From positions 1 to 64,000 of IMG/VR virus record IMGVR_UViG_2706795957_000001: 64,000 nt of DNA; one strand, given 5' to 3'. The notes below the pieces were generated by a model that made no database searches, was not told the origin of the DNA, and saw nothing but the letters and a program-made list of their open reading frames with translations. Both the position numbers and the translations under genes were made by a program. Source of the stretch: a virus (Duplodnaviria > Caudoviricetes). The stretch's first letter is position 1. Each line of letters starts with the position of its first letter. This document shows positions 57,034 to 64,000 of the stretch, one piece after another.

Positions 57034-57057
57034 GGTCCGAGCGCCGCGGAGCGGATT
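57029..57057 (+). repeat. Intergenic motif copy 3
   Basis: catgaggtccgagcgccgcggagcggatt. Confidence 0.85.
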
Positions 57058-57101
57058 GACACACACAACACACCACAACACGACAGGGAGGTCGCAAACA
57101 C

Positions 57102-58247
57102 ATGACAGATCCGACACAGACAGCAGCGGCAAAGGTTGGAGCTCGCATCAAAGCACTCCGCGAATCACACAACCTGACCCAACGCCAGGCAGCAGACCTG
57201 ATGGACTGGCACCACCTGACATGGCATCGCATCGAAAAGGGGGACACCAAGCAGTACAACGCAACCAGGCGCGCTGCGGCACAACAGGCAATCGCTGACA
57301 AGTTCGGTGTCGACCAGTACTTCCTGCGTGAGCAGCCGAACGTGGCGATGACGTCGACCAAGGTCATGCCGGTCACAGTCCTGAAGCGACTCAATGCCCT
57401 GCGAGTCGCCGGATGGAGCTCCCAGGACATCTCGGACGCGACCGGGATCCCCATGTTCGACCTGGAAGCCCTACAGATGCGCGTGACGTCGGACTGCGAG
57501 CACGACCCCTACCGACCATCCATCTCCGCAGCGGTGGCCACCACACTGTTCGAAAACACCCCGAACATCTCCAAGCACGGCGACGACGAGTTCGTTCCGG
57601 CACTTCCGGCTCACCTCCACATGCAAGACCTCGACGCCGCTGGCTATGGCGGTGTGGAGCAGTACACTTCAGCCTCCACTGACCGCGACGGCCTCATCGT
57701 GATGCTGACGGGGGCAGGCAAGGACGTGCTGCGTCGACTGGGAACACACAAGTTCGCTTCGACGCACCTCGTGAGGCATTCTCTGGCCACCGAGATCCTG
57801 TCCCTACCGTCCAACGTCAACGCGCGCATTCCGAGCGCTGTGGGGGCCACCAGGCGTCTGCAGGCGCTCGTCGCATGGGGATACGACCCAGACTGGCTGC
57901 AGGAGCTCCTGGGCCTCAGCGACCTACAGATGCACCGGACCCTGTACGGCACCAATGTCGATGCCCCGCTCGAGCGTGAGGCCGGGATTCGACTCGTCAA
58001 GGAGTTCAGCCGGCTCGAGCACATCCGTGGCAAGGACGACGACGCTGCCGAGATCGCCACCGAGATGGGGTGGGCCCTACCGTTCCAGTGGGACGAATAC
58101 ACTATTGACAAAATGGGCAGCAAGAAATGGCGTCGCCGCAAGGATCGTGGCGAGAAACCGCTTTATGAGGACTCGCCGGAAAAGCGTCTGGAAAACCTGC
58201 GTAAAGAATTCGAAGAATTCGTCATCGACCTCGGAAAGGCAGCATAA
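57102..58247 (+). CDS. Multi-HTH DNA-binding protein
   Basis: N-terminal XRE HTH; repeated RRL.AL...G[WY] modules. Confidence 0.75.
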   Translation: MTDPTQTAAAKVGARIKALRESHNLTQRQAADLMDWHHLTWHRIEKGDTKQYNATRRAAAQQAIADKFGVDQYFLREQPNVAMTSTKVMPVTVLKRLNALRVAGWSSQDISDATGIPMFDLEALQMRVTSDCEHDPYRPSISAAVATTLFENTPNISKHGDDEFVPALPAHLHMQDLDAAGYGGVEQYTSASTDRDGLIVMLTGAGKDVLRRLGTHKFASTHLVRHSLATEILSLPSNVNARIPSAVGATRRLQALVAWGYDPDWLQELLGLSDLQMHRTLYGTNVDAPLEREAGIRLVKEFSRLEHIRGKDDDAAEIATEMGWALPFQWDEYTIDKMGSKKWRRRKDRGEKPLYEDSPEKRLENLRKEFEEFVIDLGKAA

Positions 58248-58249
58248 GA

Positions 58250-59242
58250 ATGGCACGCATCCGTGCGATCAAGCCCGAATTCTGGGCATCGCCAAATCAC
58301 CCATCTGACCCATGGGCGCGGCTGCTGTTCATCGCAATGTGGAACTGGGCGGACGACGCCGGTACCGGCACCGCGACGCCTCGCGAACTACTCGGGTTCG
58401 CCTTCCCCAATGACGAAGACATCGAGACTTCGGACATCAAGAACATGTTCGCCACCGTCGCCGAGGCTTATGGAGTCGTCTTCTACAAGGTGTCTGGACG
58501 GGACTACTTCCACATCCCCACGTTCAACGAACACCAGAAGTTCGACCGTCGCCGAGGCGGTCGACACCCGCTCCCGAGCGAGGCCGAAGAGCTCCTCTAC
58601 GGCAGTTTGTTGCAAGACGCAACTAAATCTTCGAGTTTGTTGCAAGACGCAACTAACTTTCGGGGCGAGGACCCCGAAACCGCCTCTGACCTGCGGCATA
58701 GCATGGAGTCGGCGCATTGCGCCGAAGAGTCGGCGCAAAAACAGCGCCGGAACAGGGGAACAGGGGAACAGGGGAACAGGGGAACAGGGGAACAGGGGAA
58801 CAGGGAAACCGAAGATCCTGACGGATCTTCATCCTCGGCACTCGCTGTCGCTCCCGCCGAGCCCGAACGCGACGAACCGGGGTTCAGGGCTGACGTAGAC
58901 AACCTCTGCGAGCTCCTCGCAGCCCGGGTCCGCCAGAACGCCGTCACGTCCAAGCCCGTCGTGATCCGCAAGGAGTGGCGCCGCGCAGCGAGGTGTCTAA
59001 TCGACAACGATGGGGTAGACTGCAACCGAGCCATCAGGGTCATCGAGTGGTCACAGGCCGATCCGTTCTGGTCCACGAACATCCGATCAATGACGAAATT
59101 CCGCGAGAAATTCGAAACGCTGGAAATGCAGATGAGTAGGAATTCGCGCAAACCATCCGTCGTAATGGAATCGACTCGACGCGGATTGTCGGACATGCAA
59201 CGCGTATTCGGAAATACTAACCAGAAGGAGCTGACCTCGTGA
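58250..59242 (+). CDS. Replication initiator protein
   Basis: MARIRAIKPEFW N-terminus; internal repeats; C-terminal DPFW..NI.S..KFR.KF. Confidence 0.8.
   Translation: MARIRAIKPEFWASPNHPSDPWARLLFIAMWNWADDAGTGTATPRELLGFAFPNDEDIETSDIKNMFATVAEAYGVVFYKVSGRDYFHIPTFNEHQKFDRRRGGRHPLPSEAEELLYGSLLQDATKSSSLLQDATNFRGEDPETASDLRHSMESAHCAEESAQKQRRNRGTGEQGNRGTGEQGNRETEDPDGSSSSALAVAPAEPERDEPGFRADVDNLCELLAARVRQNAVTSKPVVIRKEWRRAARCLIDNDGVDCNRAIRVIEWSQADPFWSTNIRSMTKFREKFETLEMQMSRNSRKPSVVMESTRRGLSDMQRVFGNTNQKELTS
58604..58804 (+). repeat. Putative origin repeats inside the initiator gene
   Basis: AGTTTGTTGCAAGACGCAACTAA x2 (58604, 58634); GGAACAGG x7 (58749-58804). Confidence 0.8.
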
Positions 59243-59778
59243 GAAATACAAACGACACCTACAAGATCGCGGTCGCGGTTTTGACCAAGGCGTCGATGCT
59301 CGACACGCGGATCACGCTCCCCGCTGACGACGACGAGCGCGAGTTCAAGTACCAGGCCTGGGCGTCGGTCTTCAACCACGCCGGCGAGATCTGGCTGCGG
59401 GAGGCGCTCGACGCCGTGGACAACCACTACAAGTCCGGTCGCTTCGCGCTGATGCCGCGCGACGTCGTCGACTACGTCCACGGACTACCCAAGGACTCGT
59501 CCCGGGAGCGGCTGCAGGAGTGGATCCTCGGACAGGGGCGCCACCCCTACGCCCAGAACGTCCAGACCATGGCGGGCGTCGAGTTCCAGCAGACCGGCGA
59601 CATCGACGAAGCTCGCGAGCAGTACCAGCGCTGGCTCCACGAGAACCTCGAGCAGCTGACCGACCGGATCATGGGCAAGTGGTCCGCGGGTGTCGCCAAG
59701 ATCCAGGGCCAGCCGGTGCGCAACTCGATGATCGACCCCTACGGCCTCGCTGAGGTCCTCCCGGCGGTGGAGTCATGA
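59239..59778 (+). CDS. Helicase loader/inhibitor-like protein
   Basis: Follows the initiator; AW...EAL.AV..HY...LMP.DV motif. Confidence 0.55.
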   Translation: MRNTNDTYKIAVAVLTKASMLDTRITLPADDDEREFKYQAWASVFNHAGEIWLREALDAVDNHYKSGRFALMPRDVVDYVHGLPKDSSRERLQEWILGQGRHPYAQNVQTMAGVEFQQTGDIDEAREQYQRWLHENLEQLTDRIMGKWSAGVAKIQGQPVRNSMIDPYGLAEVLPAVES

Positions 59779-60089
59779 GCTTCCCCTGGGACTCACCGGG
59801 CCTACCCGCGGGCGAGCGCTGCCGGTGGCACAAGGGCCTGTGCGCCTACCACGAAGCCGACCCAGCACATTGCACCTACTGCCACACCACAGCCGGCAGA
59901 TGCTCCTGTGCTACCCCGGGTGCCACTTTGACCCTAAAAGTCGCTCTGTCGGCGATTGAGGCGGCAAAAACGGGCAAGCCAGCGAAGGTCCTGCAAGAAG
60001 AATTCGGCCTTTCGCACAGCGTGGCCGTGTCACTCGTCCGGCGAGCAGTCGGCGGCAAGAAGTCGGAGCACAACGAAGAGGAGAACTGA
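59775..60089 (+). CDS. Cys/His-rich protein with C-terminal HTH-like segment
   Basis: Coupled ORF. Confidence 0.5.
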   Translation: MSFPWDSPGLPAGERCRWHKGLCAYHEADPAHCTYCHTTAGRCSCATPGATLTLKVALSAIEAAKTGKPAKVLQEEFGLSHSVAVSLVRRAVGGKKSEHNEEEN

Positions 60090-60090
60090 A

Positions 60091-60429
60091 ATGGATTTCA
60101 ACTACTACCAGAATGCCACTGACGCGACGGCGATCTACCCAGGCGCGGGCGAGGGCACCATGGCCGCGCTCGCCTACGTCGGACTCGGCCTCGGGGAGGC
60201 CGGCGAGGTCCAAGGCAAGCTCAAGAAGATCATCCGCGACGACGCCGGCAAGGTCACCGAGGAAAAGCGCTCAGCGATCATCAAGGAGCTCGGCGACGTG
60301 CTCTGGTACGTCGCCCGCACCGCCGCCGAGCTCAAGGTGTCGCTCAACTACGTCGCCGAGCTGAACGTCGACCGTCTGCTCGACCGCAAGGACCGCGGAG
60401 TGCTGCAGGGGAGCGGAGACGACCGGTGA
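60091..60429 (+). CDS. MazG-like nucleotide pyrophosphohydrolase
   Basis: LGL.EAGEV..K.KK..RD...ELGDVLWYVA. Confidence 0.88.
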   Translation: MDFNYYQNATDATAIYPGAGEGTMAALAYVGLGLGEAGEVQGKLKKIIRDDAGKVTEEKRSAIIKELGDVLWYVARTAAELKVSLNYVAELNVDRLLDRKDRGVLQGSGDDR

Positions 60430-60740
60430 CCGACCTCAAGGTTCAGCACCTACTTGACGACGTCGACGACGAGCGGGAACGGTTGCAGCACTTGAAGACC
60501 CTGTTTGTCGCCATCGTCGCGATAATCGGACTGTCGCTGTTCGGGTTCGCCTGGTCAATCTTCTACAAGCTCACCAGTGCTGCCTGGTGGCCGCTGTGGA
60601 TACTCCTGCCGTCGCTGATCATCGCCGCTGTCGCCACCGCCGCCGCCTTCTTTGTCGCCGAAGAGCACTTCGAGCAGCGAGGCAAAGTCAAGACCGCCGA
60701 GCGCGCCTACCGCGACCACGTCATGAAGGAGGCAGCGTGA
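60426..60740 (+). CDS. 2-TM membrane protein (paralog 1)
   Basis: Two TMs; AERAYRDH. Confidence 0.75.
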   Translation: MTDLKVQHLLDDVDDERERLQHLKTLFVAIVAIIGLSLFGFAWSIFYKLTSAAWWPLWILLPSLIIAAVATAAAFFVAEEHFEQRGKVKTAERAYRDHVMKEAA

Positions 60741-61063
60741 TGGACAAGAAAACCGTTGCAGCCCTAGACAGAATTGAGGACTGCAGGATTGATCTACGCC
60801 GCGCCAAGGCGGGCCTAGGCATCACCGGCACCCTCCTCGTGGCGTTCGTCGCGCTGAACGTGTGGGGCTTCCATCACGACCTCACCGCCGACTACTCGAC
60901 CCGGAACGACTACGACCAGCTGGTCGTGACCGCCCTGATCTTCGGTCTGGTGGCACTGATCGCGACCGGCATATGCACGGCCTGGGTGTGCGGCTCCCGT
61001 GATGACTTGCGCATGGCTGAGCGTGAATACCGCGACCATCTCGCCGAGGAGACTGCGGCGTGA
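60740..61063 (+). CDS. 2-TM membrane protein (paralog 2)
   Basis: Two TMs; DDLRMAEREYRDH. Confidence 0.75.
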   Translation: MDKKTVAALDRIEDCRIDLRRAKAGLGITGTLLVAFVALNVWGFHHDLTADYSTRNDYDQLVVTALIFGLVALIATGICTAWVCGSRDDLRMAEREYRDHLAEETAA

Positions 61064-61476
61064 ACCGGAAAGTCATTGAAGCCCTTGATCTGATCGAAGA
61101 CGTCGAGGTCTCCGCGGGCCGCATGAAGACGACCGTCAAGGCGTCGGGTGCCGCGGCGGTTGCGAGCGTGCTGCTCCTCATGGCCGGCGCCGCAGTTTGG
61201 TTCGTCGATGCAGGCGCGGGCATTGAGAGCAGCAGGTGGCTGCTGTTCGTGGTCCCTGGTGGCATCGGCGCAGTGATCTCGCTGGGAGTCCTTGTCGGGG
61301 CCGTGACGCGCCGCGTCCAGCTCTCCGATGATCTGCGCGGTGCCTACCGAAAGCATCGTGACGCCATCGACGAGATCCCAGACCCGAACGAACGTCAGAA
61401 GGCGGGGCGGCACTTCACCTACGGATACGTGTGCAATGTCTGCCGCGTGCAGATGTCAGGAGAACAGGAACTGTGA
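61060..61476 (+). CDS. 2-TM membrane protein (paralog 3)
   Basis: Two TMs; DDLRGAYRKHRD. Confidence 0.75.
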   Translation: MNRKVIEALDLIEDVEVSAGRMKTTVKASGAAAVASVLLLMAGAAVWFVDAGAGIESSRWLLFVVPGGIGAVISLGVLVGAVTRRVQLSDDLRGAYRKHRDAIDEIPDPNERQKAGRHFTYGYVCNVCRVQMSGEQEL

Positions 61477-61790
61477 CCGAATACAAGATGCCCGACCCAC
61501 CCGACGACGGTGGCACGTGGCGCTGGAAGGTTTCCAAGTCGTGGTCCGCGGGCAGCATAGGGTTTGGCCGACTTAAGCTGCAGGCCCGATCCTTTGGTAT
61601 CTGGTGGACGGTCGAGAGCACCGCGGTGGAACTCGACGGCACCCCGGAGGTGAATGCCGCGAACTGCTGCTATGCAGGCGACTACCTACTCGACCTGTAT
61701 CGAAATCGCCTTCGCAGACAGGGAAGACTCGACGTCAACGGCCTCGAGGGTGTCGTCCACGGTCACGGAATCACAGGGAGCAAGTCATGA
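61473..61790 (+). CDS. Hypothetical protein (paralog of the next gene's N-terminus)
   Basis: YKMP...NAANC...VNGLEG. Confidence 0.65.
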   Translation: MTEYKMPDPPDDGGTWRWKVSKSWSAGSIGFGRLKLQARSFGIWWTVESTAVELDGTPEVNAANCCYAGDYLLDLYRNRLRRQGRLDVNGLEGVVHGHGITGSKS

Positions 61791-62410
61791 CTGACGACTA
61801 CAAGATGCCTGAGGTTCCCGCCAACCGTCGGTGGGAGATCGTCCGCGGCGCCGGGGAGGGTGTCCTCCGTGTTGAGTTGCAGGAGCAGCGACCTTCAGAG
61901 GACTGGGCCACCCTCCAGTGGACCGCCGTATTCACGTCACACAACCGTGAACGTAACGCAGCCAAGTGTGTGCAGGCCGCGGAGTGGATCCTCAAGCAGA
62001 TCCGCGAAGCAGAGACCGATCCCGACGGCAAGTACAACGTCAACGGCCTCGAGGGTGCGGCACTAGGGGAGGGGCTCGCCGGCACTACGCCCGAGCCTGA
62101 CGACTACCCGAATGAGCCTGCGGTCACCTTCTACGAGCTGCAGTGTCGCGGCGAAGTCGAGGGCGATGACATCAACGAGTTCATCGCGTTCTGGCACACC
62201 GAGTATCCCGGCACCCTCGAGCTCCACGAGTACCTGGGGCTCACCGTGGACCAGTACTCGTACTGGGTGGCCCACGATGTCGTCGTTCCTCCCGGAATCG
62301 CGGCCTGGTGGGTTGCCTGCCGTGAGGCAACCGAAGAACGAGCCATGCGTGAAGCCCGCGAAAACCGTGCGCGCAAGCGTAATTGGTGGCGACGCTTGAC
62401 ACACAGCTGA
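61787..62410 (+). CDS. Hypothetical protein
   Basis: YKMP...NAAKC...VNGLEG; C-terminal LHEYLGLT..QY..W. Confidence 0.7.
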   Translation: MTDDYKMPEVPANRRWEIVRGAGEGVLRVELQEQRPSEDWATLQWTAVFTSHNRERNAAKCVQAAEWILKQIREAETDPDGKYNVNGLEGAALGEGLAGTTPEPDDYPNEPAVTFYELQCRGEVEGDDINEFIAFWHTEYPGTLELHEYLGLTVDQYSYWVAHDVVVPPGIAAWWVACREATEERAMREARENRARKRNWWRRLTHS

Positions 62411-62463
62411 CCTGCTGTCTACTGTCTAACGCGACACACCAACAACAGATCGGAGCATCACCC

Positions 62464-62868
62464 ATGACCAAGAACCCATTCAAGAAGGCCGGCATCGCAG
62501 CACTCGCCGTCATCGCCGGCACCACCCTCGTCACCGCATGTGGCAAGGGGGCGAACGACGCCGACGTCGTCTCCGAGAACATCGCGACCGCCGCGGACAA
62601 CTTCGAGATCAACCGGCGCATTGTCGTCATCAACAACGAGAGCGACAAGGTTATCCAGCTCATCGAGGGCTGGTGCAACGCCGACATTGAGGCGGACGTC
62701 ATCCGCACCACCTGCAAGGTCCCCGGTGGCTACCACAAGCACATCAACCTGCGCAATGCCCACACCATGGTGTCCATCCAGCAGCTCGACGCCGCGAACG
62801 TGTCGAAGGACCACTACCGGGTCACCTTCAACCCCTCGACCATCATCCCGGAGATCAACGTTCGATGA
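62464..62868 (+). CDS. Lipoprotein
   Basis: Signal peptide with VTAC lipobox. Confidence 0.75.
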   Translation: MTKNPFKKAGIAALAVIAGTTLVTACGKGANDADVVSENIATAADNFEINRRIVVINNESDKVIQLIEGWCNADIEADVIRTTCKVPGGYHKHINLRNAHTMVSIQQLDAANVSKDHYRVTFNPSTIIPEINVR

Positions 62869-63704
62869 CCGTCTGGGTGTGGGCACAACGCCTGGACAAC
62901 AAGGAACTTCACCCGCTGCGCGCGTTCCAGTTCCCGGGCGGTGAATGGCACATCGACGTCGAGGGCTCAAACCTTGACGACGATGTGGCCTACCGCTGGA
63001 TCGCCGAAGTCAAGGGCGCCGACGCCAATGATCTAGTCGTGGCGAACATGATGGCCGACATCGCGAAGGATCGGATGGAAGAGCGCTTCCTCCTCATCCC
63101 GTACCTGCCGGCTGCGCGTGCAGACCGGGGAACACCGTTCGGGTTGGGTGTCTACGCCAACATCATCAACGCCGGGGCGTGGACGCGTGTGTTGTCAGTC
63201 GACGTTCACGAGCCGCGGGCGGCGGTTCGTGAGGTGTTTCGCCTGACGAACCTCGACGTCTCCAACCTCGTGACTGACGTTGCCTGGGATAAGGACTTCA
63301 CCGCGGTCATTGCTCCCGACAAGGGTGCAACCGACCGGGCCTTCAGTGTCGCCGACAAGCTGGGCATCGGCACGGTTGTCGCGAGTAAGAAGCGCGAGTT
63401 CAGCACCGGCAAGATCCTCGAGATCACCTGCCCCAAGCTCGATCCCAGCGGCAACTACCTCGTGGTCGATGACATCTGCGATGGTGGCGGAACCTTCAGG
63501 GGCCTTGCTGAAGCCATCGGACTCGACCGTAATCGGCTGTCCCTGTGGGTTACCCATGGCATCTTCTCTGGAGGCAGCGCGAGCCTGTGGGACCACTACA
63601 AGGTGATCTACACCACCGACAGCCACCCCGGCTCCGGACAGCTCGGCAAGTACACGACCAAGACACCACTGTGGCCATACATGATGAGGAGTATCGACAA
63701 GTGA
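62865..63704 (+). CDS. Ribose-phosphate pyrophosphokinase-like (possible ADPR-PP synthetase)
   Basis: FPGGE, PYLPAARADR, APDKGA, VVDDICDGGGTF, THGIFS. Confidence 0.9.
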   Translation: MTVWVWAQRLDNKELHPLRAFQFPGGEWHIDVEGSNLDDDVAYRWIAEVKGADANDLVVANMMADIAKDRMEERFLLIPYLPAARADRGTPFGLGVYANIINAGAWTRVLSVDVHEPRAAVREVFRLTNLDVSNLVTDVAWDKDFTAVIAPDKGATDRAFSVADKLGIGTVVASKKREFSTGKILEITCPKLDPSGNYLVVDDICDGGGTFRGLAEAIGLDRNRLSLWVTHGIFSGGSASLWDHYKVIYTTDSHPGSGQLGKYTTKTPLWPYMMRSIDK

Positions 63705-64000
63705 CCGAGTTCGCACCCGTAGCACCCCTGTTTCAGACGGACGCTTATAAGCTTGGGCACCGCGACCAGTATCTGCTCGCCGGCAACACCACCCGCGTGT
63801 ACAGCAACTTCACCAACCGCAAGAGCCGGCTCCCCGGTGTCGACCGCGTCGTTCACTTCGGCCTGCAGGCGTTCATCCAGAAGCACCTCGTCGAAGCCTT
63901 CGAACCGTTCTTCGCTGCGGACGAGGATCTCGTATGCGACCTGTATGAGGAGCGGGTCACCCAGATCCTCGGACCGAACACCATTGGCTCCGACCACATC
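63701..64000 (+). CDS. Nicotinamide phosphoribosyltransferase-like (runs off the window end)
   Basis: GTGA overlap; TDAYKLGH..QY...VYSNFT.R...FGLQ. Confidence 0.85.
   Translation, partial: MTEFAPVAPLFQTDAYKLGHRDQYLLAGNTTRVYSNFTNRKSRLPGVDRVVHFGLQAFIQKHLVEAFEPFFAADEDLVCDLYEERVTQILGPNTIGSDHI

Overview
Left ~64 kb of a high-GC actinobacteriophage genome with siphovirus gene order. It most resembles a large temperate Gordonia-type phage (inferred from layout and gene content, not database-checked). Order: short leftward arm; HNH; nucleotidyltransferase-like gene; tRNA cluster; terminase/portal/capsid/tail genes with a -1 frameshifting tail chaperone and a 2836-aa tape measure; split lysin A and holins embedded among tail genes; leftward Lsr2 cassette; ExoVII (both subunits); phosphoesterase-RtcB-LAGLIDADG; tRNA(CAT)-attP-tyrosine integrase; a frameshifted repressor; RecE/RecT; ThyX; replication initiator with iterons; MazG-like; PRPP-synthetase-like + NAMPT-like pair. 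The most unusual signals are non-coding: (i) two tandem, covarying 169/209-nt structured elements with an invariant core behind a SigA-like promoter between recE and recT (52869-53254); (ii) two tRNA-shaped RNAs sharing a non-canonical 6-nt anticodon loop (4110-4257); (iii) a ~250-nt transcription unit of coupled micro-ORFs repeating MRAREPP (41270-41554); (iv) a 3x intergenic motif with a GNA-triloop hairpin; (v) a recurrent TCTAnnnTCTA operator-like motif. All structures were folded by eye.
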